Shown here: positions 38,011-51,181 of the stretch, one piece after another
Layout: every line of letters starts with the position of its first letter
Numbering within the stretch: position 1 is the stretch's first letter
Origin: Dicyema japonicum
Taxonomy: Eukaryota; Animalia; Dicyemida
NCBI GenBank assembly: GCA_011109175.1
Contig: RDEW01000039.1
Coordinates: 279,681-343,680 of the forward strand
DNA length: 64,000 bases
Direction: 5' to 3'
Notes under the pieces: model-generated
Told to the model about the DNA's origin: nothing
Seen by the model: the letters and a program-made list of their open reading frames with translations, nothing else
Database searches by the model: none
Program-made: the position numbers and the translations under genes

Positions 38011-38859
38011 CGTCTGCAACTTAAATAAAACTTTAAAATATATGGACATGTTTTCTCAAAATTTAAATGGATTACAAAATTGGATGATAACAAAAAAACT
38101 CTGAGACGTGCTCTGTGTAATATGGATGTATCCATTATGTCAAAGCAAACTCTTTAACTGGTTGGAATCAACTATCAAAGAAAATTTGTTTAAAAGAGGG
38201 GTTCCGCAAGGATCTGTCTCAAGTTCACATTTATTTAGTTGTGTGATGTGTGACATTCCAAAAGTGGAACAGTCAAATAAAAATGATATAAAGGTTTATT
38301 TTTATCTCGAATGATGTACTGTTTCCTGGATTGTCAACAACGTAGAAGTCTAATATTAGTATGAATACTGGGAGATCAAATCTATGAATCAGTCACAATA
38401 TTTGGAATATTGTGAATTCAAAGGGTTCCTTTAAAGATCATATCAAGAACAGAAGGAAAAAAACTACCGCAATGTTGAAATTGTGTCTCTCTATAGCAGA
38501 CCCCATCAACTAGTACAAACTCGTTGGTTTCGTCCTGTTTATTTAGTTTCTAGTTAGCAACGAGTTTTTTTTCTGATATTAAAATATCTGTTTGTCTGCC
38601 GCCTTGTTTTTCTGTACAAATGAGAGTAAGATGCTTTGTCAAGTTTCGATGCTTAATGGCTCGTATTGTACAGTCTCAACCAGTAACCATTAACTTTCAG
38701 TCATATGGTTATACGTTAGATTGACATGAGACCAGTGGCTTCTCCAGTTGATCTCCGTTGTGATCATGAAACAAAGCAACCTCGATATGTCAGTGGTGAC
38801 CATTTTTTATGAATAAATTAATTTTATCAAAGAAATAAAATTAATATTAAAGTGAAAAA

Positions 38860-39030
38860 TCTTATAGTCAACCAAGGAGACAACGGTTACACGAACTAAC
38901 TTATCACGTGATCCCAGCACGCACTAGCAGGGACCTTATCTTGGGTCGATGTTTTTCTCTCGACCCCACACAAGCACGTATCAATCGAATGACTGGACCT
39001 TTGCAGTCACGACGGCGCGTTCCATGGTTC
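38860..39030 (-). repeat. LINE-derived 3'-end repeat family (other copies at ~2740-2900, 3950-4010, 12860-12930, 36360-36410, 46345-46410)
   Basis: Shared core (CT)GGGATCAC(G/C/A)T(G/A)A..TAGT followed by a T-rich tract and AATAAA; about 60 bp nearly identical between 3952-4010 and 38870-38930. Confidence 0.7.
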
Positions 39031-39209
39031 ATTCGTATCAAGGCTTCAAATAAAAAATTAATAAATAAATAAAATAAGGCTTCAAGTGGCAATTGTGTCT
39101 GGAAAAATTATTAAGAATATTTAAAAATCATCTGAATTTAACAATATTTTTAATTGAGAAAGTAAATGTTTATAAAATAAATTAATTAAATAATAAAATA
39201 AAATAATAA

Positions 39210-40450
39210 ATGGACGACGCCACAATAGCTAGCCCATGGAGAATGTATATCAGAATATTTTATCAACCATTCCAGCTCTAAACGAATTGGGTTTAAGTGT
39301 CAATGCTATGAAATCGGAACTGATCAATATTTCCTGCTCATCTCCAAGCTTTTCTATTGCCTGCCAAGAATTCAGATCACTACTTCCAGGTTTCAGCATA
39401 TTCTACTTAAAACAAGGCACACTTCTTTGGCTGCCCTCTCGGAAGCGACGAGCTGGAAAACTGCCTTACCAGAAGGATATGAAGTTGAAGCCTTTACAAA
39501 GAGAGTATTATATTTGGATCCACATGTGTCTTTCTTCTTGCTCAAGAAATATATTTCCATGTCGAAGATGATCTACATTTTGAAATGTTCACCATGTTTT
39601 GAACACCGGAGAGCACTATTGTTGGCTGATGGGACTCTGAGACGATCGGCGGAGTCAATACTGATTGTCAAATTCGATGATTTGGGCTAGACAATGTGCA
39701 AACTACCTGCGAAAAATGGAGGCATTGGGTTAGATACCCCCTTGAGGCCGCCCTGCCTGCCTACTTTTCATCCCTTGCGAGCTGCAGTCGCTTGATCCAA
39801 GCAGTCCTACGTAACGCAACCGGACATACCTTGGACTCGGAGCTTGATAGAGTTAGCAAGTTGTGGGGAGAGTTGGGCTTGGAATTCCCGTCGAACTTTG
39901 CTTCCAGAAGAGTTGGACTCAATTGCATGTATGAGCACTCTGGAGGTCGCGAAGACAAGCGCCAACCAACACCGACTAGCAAGCATTAAGTCGGCCGCAC
40001 ATAGCGGAAATGGAGTCTGGCTCGAGGCCCTACCGTGTCCACATCTGGGGACCCTCCTTGACGAAAACAGCCTGAGGATCGGGGTGGCACTGCGCCTAGG
40101 ACTAGACTTATGCCAGAGACACAAATGCCGTAGCGGTGAGGACGTTGATAAGAAAGACTTACATCCACTCTTTTGCCGACTAAGCGCTGGTCGAGCCCCA
40201 CGCAGCCCTCTATGACATCATTTTTCGAGCCCCCAAGGCCGCGGGATTTGTGGCCCAATTGGAACCTTTGGGCTTAGGCAGAGGCGACGGGAAGAGACCG
40301 GATTGCATGACGCTATTCCCATACTCCCACGGAAACTCACTCGTCTGGACGCAAAGGTGTGTGGACACCTTTCAGGGGCCAGATCGCTGACGGCGACACA
40401 CTCTCCTGGAGACGCAGCGACCAGGCGGAGGCCAAGAAGATCCGTAAGGT
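39210..40450 (+). mobile_element. CRE-clade retrotransposon, RT C-terminus + Zn knuckle + REL endonuclease
   Basis: GVWLEALPCPHLGTLLDENSLRIGVALRLGLDLCQRHKCRSG...HPLFCRLSAGRAPR, then LEPLGLGRGDGKRPDCMTLFP. Confidence 0.8.
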
Positions 40451-41989
40451 TTTGAATTCCGAGATTACTAATTTGGCTACTGGCAATGACTGAATGTCCG
40501 ATAATTTTTTGTTTGTTCTTCCACTATTACTTCTGCATAACTTGGAGGTATAAAAATACTGTAAGACTTTAAAAGAAATATTGAGAACGAGTTGGATATT
40601 ACAATGAGTGCCGGACCAAATCCAGAAAATTCATAATATAGACACTCTTGCTTGGGAACCAGCCCAGGTTATTCGATCCGACCATGATATCTTAAAAATC
40701 ATTTTTACCACATTTGGGGTAATGGAAATTTTGTGTCAAAAATCGAATCGGACTCAACCAGATGTTAAAAATCAATTTTGATAATTTAACTGAATTGACC
40801 AATGGTTAACCATAGTTTATCAAGAGTTAGTGTTGTCATTAGCATTACTTCTTTCTGCTAAGTGGATGGGTTCCACAATGACGAATCTTAAAGAACAACA
40901 AATAATTGTAGTGACTTTGTCGAGTCTAAAGTGGATTCTATTTTCTTACAGAGAATCGTGAAGTTCAAGACATTTCGAATGTTCAGAACTCGTGGTTTTC
41001 TGATTTAACCTGAGACTGTGAACTCGGAATAAAAACGTGGACTTTAAGCATCATAACTTTAAGCCCATGCTCTCAATGTGTGTAGGCATATCGAGGTAGT
41101 GTGGAGTCTTCATCGTCTACCATGCTATAAGTATGGTATTCGCCAAAACCAGAAAGTTAAGTGTAAAATATTCACTTTTTAGTTTTTTGAAAAAATAAAA
41201 TTGAAGAATGGGTACAGTATAAAATACTTAGTTTTTTAATAAATAAATTGTTTTATAATAATAATTAATTTAAATTATTTAAAATTATTTAGCACGCTTT
41301 TATTAACAATTGACTGATGGTTTATGTTGTTCGCTTGTTTCTGAAAATAATTAAGGAATTTAAAGAGTTTGACTTGTTCCCTTCAGAATTGGCAATATCC
41401 GAAAAGAGGCTCTATGAATGGCTTGCCAGTAGTTTTACGTCTGAAAACGATGTGCCTCTACGTATATTTATAATTGCTCATTTGTAGGAAACAAATTATA
41501 AATTACGATTTTTTGCAAACGACGAACTAGAGCTAAAACGATTAACTATTGAGGTATATTCTATCTTAAGTTTTAGTCTGAACACAACAAATCCCACATG
41601 GGCAGGAACAGACTTTTTAGTATTTTGAAAAAGCTGTACTACAATGTGACAAAGAACAAAGTTGGAGATATTGTAAAGTGGTCTCCATTTTGTGTGTCGA
41701 AGAGGCTTTAGGAAACAAAACTCCCGATAACTCCAATTGTGGCAAAATACCCGCGCGACAGATATATAGTCGATCTGATCGGTTTGCGACGTTATCTGAC
41801 AAAAACTTGGGTTATTCATGGGTATTTTTTCTCATTAATTTTCTGTAGCTCTTGACAGTTGTTGATTGTTTCAAAAAATTTAATAACTTATTGGTCTTTG
41901 GCAGTAAAAATTAAAGGATTAAATTTTATTAATCAAACAATAAGTAAAAGTAATTTTTTATATGCCCGTCTAACTTAACCTTCTCTTCT

Positions 41990-44830
41990 TGGGGCCAACC
42001 CCTATTGACTTTATAGGCGTGTTCACGTCGCTGCACACCTTACATTCAGAGACTAACCTAGGTTGACATTCCCTGCCGTCTTCCTAATCAAAAGGCATCG
42101 ATACTCCATGCCTCTCCTCAGCTTGCATACTCTCCAAAGTCTTCCGTAACACTAGCGTCTGTATATAAGCTTTGAATCTCTCCTCCACTTTGAGAGTATC
42201 CAGGTGGCCTTTGAAGAATCTGGAGACAATTCCATCCCATGTGATGACAACTGGGTCTTATCATAAACGAAAATGTCGGGTTTGTTATTCGTTACAGCCA
42301 TATCCGCACTGATCGTCGTGTCTACACGAATCTCCACAGATTCATTTTAGCCAACAGATTGTACTCAATGGGTCTTCAGTTTCTTAGTTTTTCTTATTCC
42401 ATATTGACGGCAGAGATGTAGGTGTAACTGACCTCTCTTTATGCCTTTTATGCCGCTTGAGATATGAGCTATTCAGCATTCTCCCACACCTAGTTGCAAC
42501 TGATCGACGGTCTTCTTTGATAAGTTACAATGTCCGCACTTAGTTTCTCTGTTATCAAAAAACATGTTAAGTTCCTGACGTAGACACAGTCTCACCTCGG
42601 TTATAGGGGAGTGATTTCAATGCACTAGCCATCCAGAGGATTCAGCAATGTTCACTTCTATGTCTTTCAAACACGTGTGTGATTTCTTTGAATTAATGAC
42701 CCGTAGAATTCCCGCTCTTCTTAGGCAGTAATTTGCCTTATGTCACCATAAAATCAGAAAAGCATTCGTTCTGCTTTGTTACTGACAGACTCAAGGCCTC
42801 TTCCAAATTTATTTCTTGATAATAAAGTCTTTCTTTGTCTGCCGGTTGCAAGTGTATGTGACTATCCACAAGAATTCTGCGATGTTTTTATCAATCTGTC
42901 CAAATTCTGGAGGCTCGATATCGATCAATCCAATGTAATAGAGTGATAGTACATACTCGTTCATCCCCTTCAACAGGTTTACTGAGTTTAAATCCGTCTT
43001 TGTCAAATTTTTAATCCGCTTAGATGCTTCTTCATAGATTTTATCCATAGTTTCTTTTTTTGTATGGATAAGATATCGTATCCATACAATCCATCAAGGA
43101 AACGGGCTTTCTCGGACAAGGACTTCACGTTTGTTGTAGATTTGTCAAAGTTTCTCTCCAACCCAGCTGCATCAAAAAACGATTCAACTTCCTCCAACAT
43201 CATTTCCATAGAGTGACTATGGCGAGAAAACAACTTCATATCGTTTATACATAGTATGTGATTCGTCGAATAGGTTGGTTCCCCACTTCCAGTACTTCCC
43301 GTCGTTACATTCGGAGATTTTCCGTTCAGCATTTGACAGAGAGGGTCCATTAGAAAAGCAAAGATCTGAGGAGAGAGTCCCCCTGCAGAATTCCTGTTTT
43401 AAATTTTACTTCTAACGTTTTGTTTCCCAAATTCAGACAAATCTTCCATTTTGTGACAAGTTTCTGAATGAACCTGACAATCCAGAAGAAGACCAGAATT
43501 TTGTAATAACTGATCCAGAAAATGGTGGTCGACCGAGTCATAAGCTTTTTTGACGTCAATCCAAGTGGAATTCAAACTGTTTACATTTTGTTGATTTACG
43601 CACTTGTTGACGATAGCCTGTTCTTTCGCACCTTTGAAGTTAAGTTCTTGATAAAATAGTTATGGACTCCATCACTACCAGATGCCTCCAATTTGGAAGC
43701 ATCTTGATAGTCTCGGTGATTTCCTCATCAGTAAAGTCAGCGAAAGAGTTCTCTGATCCAGTCACTCTTTTGCTAATAAAGAAATTGCTCATCTTTCGCT
43801 CTTCCTTATTCCAAAATGGAAGACATTCCTCCCCACTGAACTTGATGACTGCCTTCTTATTATCTTATTTTATAAATCACCTTCTATTCAATTCGAAGCA
43901 CCAGTTGGCACTTTTAAAACTCTTTCTCGATTCGTAGACTCAAACTTCTCAACAATCTTTATTTGATCGCGAACATAAGAAGAAATCCTTTCGAGTTCTT
44001 CCCTCTTCGATTTTTTAAAGCCTATGAGCATAAGGTATTGCGTTTTCTTCGTCAAATTGATTTTCCTGTTCAATTCACTAGCCATTTGAATTTGCTAAAG
44101 TTTTTGCTAAGTTTAGGGAATTTCCTTTTCATTGATTCTTCCCAAATACTTTTAGTGTTTTTCTTCTTGGTAGGAGCCTCATAAGTACACTGCCCAGCAT
44201 TTATGATATCAGTGATATCGTTGATATCCAAGCTTGGCAAGGAATCAATATATTCCTTGATTGCTGCATTAATTCCACACAGAATCTCCTTTCTAAGTAT
44301 TTGTCTGAGAATTTTCCTAGTAGGAATACGAAGGTTCCTTACTGAGGTGAGTAATTTCGCAATTTAGCAACGAAACTTATCAAAACATTTTCCGAAATTT
44401 GAAACTTCTACCAACTGTTTTTCTTCCACTGATAAGCCACAAAGTGATTCACTGTACTTGGAGGAGAGCAAGCACTTGAAATTGCCAATGGACTTCAATG
44501 TCCCGAATCTCAAGTTAAAAGCTTCCATAATCAGAGGCTAGCCACCACAGAGAATACTCTTGAATCTGGATTTTGCAGACTCAACGACTTCCACAGCCCA
44601 TTGTTTCCGGTCCACAGTGTGAACTTTGTCAACTAGACATTGCAGAGAGAGAAGATGTTCTTTAAAGTCAGTATTGACAACTTCTTGCGTTTTTGGCAAG
44701 TCATCGACCACATTCTCTACGGTCCTTTTGTTTTTTCTTTTAGTAATTTTCGTAGATGGGTTGAATGAAACATATTTTTTTCTTTGATTTTTTTACTTTA
44801 ATCTTGGAAAGTAAATAACGAGTTTGTAAT
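41990..44830 (-). mobile_element. R4/Dong-like non-LTR retrotransposon (RT + REL endonuclease), frameshifted
   Basis: GILQGDSL, DPLCQMLN, NHILCINDMKLF (decayed YMDD region), NEYVLSLYYIG, EIRVDTTISADMAVTNNKPDIFVYDK (PD-D/ExK). The 3' end is duplicated at 46060-46233. Confidence 0.8.
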
Positions 44831-45059
44831 AGTTACGGAGTCTGATATAGCGAGACACAATGTGTCTCCTGTCACATTCCATTACTGTTACGCTAGCCAT
44901 TACAACTACAATAAAATAAACGTTACATTACTTGACCTCCTTTTTTTAATTATAAAGCCAATTAATCAGAAATTTTATTATAATTAATAAAGAAAAGAGA
45001 GTTAACGAGATCTTCCATACGACAGCGGAACGTATCTTTAACGTCCGGCTCGAGGATTA

Positions 45060-45660
45060 CTCATGGAAGCAAGCCACGCTGACAGTGAGACTCGGGAGAC
45101 TTGGAATTCGGAACCCTGTGGACCTTTCACTCCCTTCATGCCTATCTTCACTAGTGGCTTGTAACTCTCATGTCAAGAGGATTCTACACTCTCTACCTGA
45201 ATTCTCTATTGACAAGGACGCCGGCCATGCTTGTAAGGCCTAGAGCCGCACTTATAAGCTTTCCCTGCCTTCCTCGTTCTCTCAGCGAGGCTCGGACGAT
45301 GCTATATGCTGGAATTCTTTCAAAGATTTGCTAGTGTCTTCTAGCCAACATCACCGTGCCTGTTTGTTGTCGGGGGCGTCTTCCGAGAGCAGTGCCTGTC
45401 ACAACGCCATTTCCAATGGAGTTCTGGGTTCTATCCTGGATGATGAATGCGTCCGTATTGGGATCTCATTGCGACTGGGATTAAAAGTCTGTGTTCCACA
45501 TCCGTGCCAATGCGGAGACAAGATCGACTGTTTTGGCATACACCCTCTCTCCTGCAGGAAGAGTGCAGGCAGATTTCCCAGACACATGGCCTTGAACGAA
45601 ATCGTTTTTATCTGTTTGAAAAACAAATCCTTCTGCTTCATTGCAAATACAAGGCATTGT
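45060..45660 (+). mobile_element. CRE-clade fragment
   Basis: LGIRNPVDLSLP...LGSILDDECVRIGISLRLGLKVCVPHPCQCG...HPLSCRKSAGRFPRHMALNEIV. Confidence 0.8.
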
Positions 45661-46059
45661 CTTAGAGTAAACTCCACTTGGAATACAACGACATTGTTCA
45701 TTTCCCGTTGGATTACCTTGAATTAAATTTTGAAGTTCCATTGTCTAATTGTATCCACTTAACATTACGTCCAGTTGAACTTACCATCAAAAAACCAATT
45801 ATCGTTCTTATAGTATCCAGCAAGGTACAATAATATATCTCTGTTTCCTAATAAAAGTTCATTAAGGTGTCTATTTATTTCAAGAGAATAATTTTCCCCT
45901 AAAAACTATTTATGGCTTAAAAAACTTTATTTTTTCACATTCCGATTTTGACTCATTATTACTGCCACGATGTAATTTGTAAATGAAGCATATTCCATTT
46001 ATTACATTAGGAAAAATACGGTGGTGGAAATAATCTGGACAAAGACGAAAAACTAAAAT

Positions 46060-46233
46060 GACGACTTGGAGCCAAATCCTATTGACTTTATAAGCGTGTT
46101 CACGTCGCTGCATACCCCACATTCAGAGACTACCCTAGGTTGACATTCCCTGCTGTCTTCCTCATCAACAGGTATCGATACTCCATGCCTCTCCTCATCT
46201 TGCATACTCTCCAAAGTCTTTCGTAACACTAGC
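46060..46233 (-). mobile_element. 5'-truncated 3' end of the R4-like element
   Basis: Near-identical to 41990-42158. Confidence 0.8.
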
Positions 46234-46599
46234 GTGACTTGAAAATGTTTTTATTGGCCAATTTTTGAAAGTCTTGAGGCATTTCCGTTCGACAGTGTGA
46301 ACAATGGAGACGCACAGGCTATGATGGCACGTTTGGTTGCGGGATCTGGGATCACCTAACTAGTTGACTTTACTTTTGTCTTTTTTCTCGGTGATCCCGT
46401 GGTTAATAAATAAATTTTTAATTATTTTTTAATTACACGTTTCCAATGCGTTCGTTGAATTGACTAAGGAACAACTTGAAAAATTGAGAAATTTCAAAAT
46501 AATGGAAAAATCATTAGACAGGAAACAACGATTTCGATTAAAAGAACTATCGAAAAAATTTGTTTTTTTTCACTGTTAGTTAGTTAATAGCACTCCCGC

Positions 46600-47090
46600 G
46601 TTGCCATAAGCACGTAAAATGTCTAGGGTTTCGCTCGTGCCGTACACTCTACTATCCTCCTAGTCAGCCCTCTCCATCTATCTCTGTTCCTCGCGCGTTT
46701 ACGCTCAAGATCGTCTCCAGTTTTGAGTTGACCGCCAATTCGTGCGTAATCGTTATTCAGGCAGAGAGGAAGCGTACATCTTGGCCGACCCCGAAATCCA
46801 ATTCCGTGATTTGAATAGTATCTTCCATGATTGCAAGGAATCACTTCGTCCATTCTCAGAACATGTCCTAAAGGTCGCCAGTGTGAGGTAATTACTTCTC
46901 CGCTTATCGGTTTTCATTTACATAATTTGTAGAGAGTTTCGTTTTTGATAACCTGTGGCCATTTGATTCCCGCGATTTTTCTCGATTGATTTCTATGAAA
47001 TGTGTCCAGTCTGTCAAGGTCCGTTTTTGATGTTCCCCATGTTCCCGTTATAAATAGGACTTGTTGTATGAACGCGTTTTATAAGCGCAT
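46600..47090 (-). mobile_element. RTE 3' fragment
   Basis: FRGRPRCTLPLCLNND...LKTGDDLE...RDRWR parallels the C-terminus at 19867-20349. Confidence 0.7.
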
Positions 47091-47660
47091 CCGAAGATTT
47101 GATGAGATTATCACTGAAGGATGATATAAAATTACGGTTTTTTGCAGTTGAGGATAAGGAACTGAAATTAACGATAATTGAGGTAGTGTATCTGCTTTAT
47201 TGGAGTCTGAGCATAATAAAAACCATTTTGGCAGAGATAGACTTAATAGTATGGCGGAATAGTTTCTACAACATAATGAGATGAGATATCCGCTTTGTTT
47301 TAAACAAATGTGTTTATTGGCAAGTATTGGTTATTTATTAGCCAGTCAAAAAATGATGGCAACAAAGCCACCTATTATTCCAATTATTGCCCGAGGTCCA
47401 AGAGACCGTTATATCGCAGATCTTATAGATCTAAGAAGATATTCAGAAGTAAATCGATCAATCTCGTGGGTAAACTTTAATAATTATTTATATGAAGGTT
47501 TTAGTCGTCGTTGACTCATTCACTAAGTTTGCTGTTGTGGAACTGGCAAAGAATAAAAGTGTATTGGAAATCTCATCTCTAATTCTTCAAACTGATAACA
47601 AAAAGGAGTTTCGAAATTTGAAATGGATTAGCTCTGTGAATTTTTTAAAATAGAAATTTC
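47090..47660 (+). mobile_element. Ginger/KRBA2-like DDE integrase remnant
   Basis: PPIIPIIARGPRDRYIADLIDL, VVDSFTKFA and LQTDNKKEFRN are rve-type integrase core motifs. Confidence 0.7.
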
Positions 47661-48082
47661 GTTTTTTAGAAATTTCGACTGGAAAGGTCACATTAATTCA
47701 GTTTAGATAGCCACGTGTGACAAGTTACTGTTCTCATGGCGCGCCTTCATGCGGTTAGTATATGACTTTCAAGACTATATGAACAGAATCATACAATAGG
47801 GTTCGTGTTTTGTTACCTCGTGCTAGACGACCTCAAGGCGACAAAATTAACTCTCTTGTCCTGGTCCGTTTCTTTTGCCAGTCCTGACTGGTCCCAGGAC
47901 CTCTGCTTTTGATTGTAACTATTATGTCAGCAAGCTATTTTATTCACTTGAAGGAATTGGGGGTAAATAAATCATGTCTGTAACACTAATAAAAACGAAA
48001 AATTAAATATAATCGATTTATAAATAAAATAATAAAGTTAATTTATTTTTTTAATTTGTTAACTTTAAGTTAAACATGTTCC

Positions 48083-49486
48083 ATGTGGGGCATTTAAGAA
48101 AATTCGAAAAGATCATTACAAGGAGTCGATACGTTTCATACTTTGGACGGACAGTGCGACCTTCTACAGAGATACGCTTTTGGACGAAGGAGACCAAAAC
48201 ATCGAGGATAAACTTAAATGTACAAAACTTTAGCTAACACCTAGCCATCTTCCCTGAGAAGAACGTGGAGAAAAATTATGTTGACATTGGACTGAAGCAA
48301 AGTGCAAATATTACGCCTCACAAGCACCAATAAGAAGGCGGGAAAATAAACATTTAAAATATTCAGGAAAAGAATTAAGTAAATGATAAATTTAAAAATA
48401 GAAAATTTGTTTAATTTTAATAAAATGCAAACTGAGTACTTCAGAGAGGAATATTTTCAACATTTGGACAAAATTGCCCAGCATTACGGCATCTTCAAAG
48501 ACCTGTTCACGATTTGACATTTTTCCCGCCTTAAAACTTTTCATCAAATTTCCAACTAAAAATGGTCGATTCTTCACTGTTGAGAGTGGAAATTACATAT
48601 CTCCTACTGAAGTGAGGAATAATGTTTATTTCAGTGTCAACTAATTCCAACTGTAAGTTTTGACGGTTCAAATGTGGCAGAAAACAATGATTTCTTTACT
48701 CTGATGATGATCTCCCTTGATAGTAACGTTCTAGAGGACTCTGAAGGACATATTCTCCACTGGATGCTGTAACTTGGGTCGTAACTCATATAGTGGCAAT
48801 ATTCACGCATCTGAAGCAAAAGACGGTGAAAATTTAAATTTAAGCGGGAAAATTAAGCGACAATATTTCCCGCCAATTCCTGCACGTGGCACTGGCTATC
48901 ATAGAATCGTGTTTTTGTTGTATAAGCACTCATCTGAACTGGATTTATCGGATTTTGTGGTCCCTGAACTTACTGGAAGGTTTTAATCGGTTAACTGAGC
49001 TGTTAGGGATTTCATAAAGGCGAGGATTTTCCATTCACGGAGCTTCTTTGAAAGATTCTCCGCAAACGGGTTGAAACCCGTAGGTCTGGCCTTCTTTCAG
49101 ACCACATGGGACCTCTCAGTGAAGGATTTCTTTCATAAGAGACTGAGTAGTCGTGTAGCTTAGTCAAAGTGACTGAGGAGCCTGTGTACGAGTACGACTG
49201 GCCTGAGCCGATTTACCCAAAACAAGAGGCTTTTCCTGCTAAAAAGTCGTTCTGGGCGTAAGATTGGAATCACGTGGGTAGATATTTGGACAGATATAAG
49301 GACAGAAAGGAGTTGGCTGAAGAGGTTCTGAAAGATCGGATTGCACGGGAGAGTCCATTCCAGAAGCAGTCTTGGGAGATGTCTAGTGTGGACAAAATTG
49401 ACCGTGGAATGCCTACTTGGTGGAAGGAGGTTGAACGGCTGAGACGTCTTAAGAAGGGGAAGTTCTATGATGAGGAGCCTATTTGA
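48083..49486 (+). CDS. MRPL38: Mitochondrial ribosomal protein mL38 (PEBP fold), invertebrate-type C-terminal extension; several frameshifts in the 5' half, start approximate
   Basis: VDIGL, IAQHYGIFKDLF, GNYISP, HILHWMLGNI, YFPPIPARGTGYHRIVFLLYK, LAFFQTTWD, PVYEYDWP, YLDRYKD, MPTWWK. Seven introns of 23-27 nt (e.g. 49258-49281). Confidence 0.9.
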
Positions 49487-50724
49487 CTGATATTTTGTTA
49501 ATTTTACGTTTTTATCAACTTTTAAGGGAATTAAACACCTTCCCGCACCATGAGTCCGTGGTGGTATGCTAATATTTAGCTCCTTGAATGACTAATAATT
49601 GAGGAAATGTCTTTAAAGTGAGAACATGAGGATGTGATATCTAAAATTTTGTCTTTTCTGCAAATGGGGGGAGGGGCTGTGAGTATCATGGCTTTCGTTT
49701 TAAGCGGTCATTGGAAATATCTCCCACTAACAGCTTTGGATTGTCAGTCTTTGACTACTGTCCTCTGACCAACTAGTGTCTCTTATAGAGATTATATTCA
49801 TCCTCGGCCTCCCCCGTTTTCATTAACGGGTTTATGGGATCCCTTAGCGTTGACAGCTTAAAGACTACAGGTATCGTACGTAGTGAAGAGGCTGGAGTAA
49901 CTAGGTAATATAAGGACTCAGTCCCTTCAATCGAGACTAATATTTAAGGATCTTTTCCAGATTCAAGGGAGTTGAAACGACAGAACCTGGGCGGGTTTTA
50001 GCCTCGAGAATTCTTGATGTCGTGGAGGTATATGTTCTTGAAGAGGTCATCTGCAGTTATTTTGCGGTTTATATTGTTTGTGCTTTCTGACGTCTTATTC
50101 GGGTCAGAGAAACAATTTCGTAAAGACAAGCTCATAGGCAGGATTATGGTTAGGCAAATGTCTCGTCTCCCTAAATTTTACTTAACTACTAAAAATACTT
50201 CTCCACCAAATGTGGAAGGGTACACATGAGATCACTGCTAACAATGAGGAGCGTGGAAGGGAAGATTAAAAAGGCCCAACTTTCAAAGGAAACTTACCAT
50301 TCCCATGTACTATGGCCAAGACTGTCGAGACCATCTCCACTCATGGGGTATCTGGCTGCACAGCGACTGTGTTTTCGATCTCCATGTGTTTCGAAGGCGA
50401 TTTGGAAATTTTTTCAGTCGACAGACTCGGTGTAAGACACTCCACGTTGGTAGACACGCAACCGGAGCAGGACTCGGCCCACGAGAAACAAAACTAAACA
50501 GTTAATCCATGTGCTCCATCATTAACAAAATTTTCAACCCACGTGGGGGACAAAAAGGACTATCCAAATTAAGGAGTGAATGGGCATAACAAATTGACGT
50601 ATAAGCATTAATGTGACGACAGATGCTCGACTAATTAGATGGCACTTAATACTAATAATTGTAGTGACGGAAAGTAATCAAAAATAAATAATTCAATTAA
50701 TTCTTCAAAGATTACAAAAATTAG

Positions 50725-51181
50725 TCAATAAAACTGTCGAGGCTTTTTAAAAAGGAAGAAAAAGTTGGGATGTACCAGCCTTTTGAGCACGTGCTGTTTA
50801 TATTCTGGGTTTATTGAGTAGAGAGGCAAGCGATCCGGTCTTTTGGTGACTTGGAAATGTTTTTTATTGGCCAATCTTTGAAAGACTTGATGCTTCCAAT
50901 CAGGTCTTTGACAAAGTTGAGGACACGTGAGAATCCACTGAAAAATTTGGCTTTTTGTTGCTTGGCCGGTAGGGTGGGACTCAATTGCAAGGGAGATTGA
51001 ATAGTCGAGAGATCGAGTAGTGTACTTTATGCATTGTAAGGGGAGGGTAACAAAATTGAGCTTCTTCTGGAGATTTTGTGGACTTTTATGAAGTCGTGTA
51101 AAAGCCAGTTTAACGGCTGAAGGTCTTCTTGTGAACTGAAGAAGTTATTTCTTTGAACGTTATTGTTTGATTTTTTCGCAT
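50725..51181 (-). CDS. Divergent forkhead-box gene, FoxN2/3-like; two apparent 1-nt frameshifts near the 5' end
   Basis: EDLQPLNWL (cf. FoxN2/3 EELTNLNWL), then SISLAIESHPTGQATKSQIFQWIL...PDWKHQVFQRLANKKHF...LYSINPEYKQHVLKRL (cf. MAIEDSPTKRL.VKDIYNWI...GWKNSVRHNLSLNKCF...LWCIDPEYRQNLIQAL). In-frame 27-nt GT-AG candidate intron at 51051-51025. Not in the ORF track. Confidence 0.75.

Noticed and set aside
46250-46262. ATTGGCCAAT double CCAAT box as a promoter
   Set aside because: It is part of the 47-bp copy of Fox coding sequence, not an independent regulatory element.
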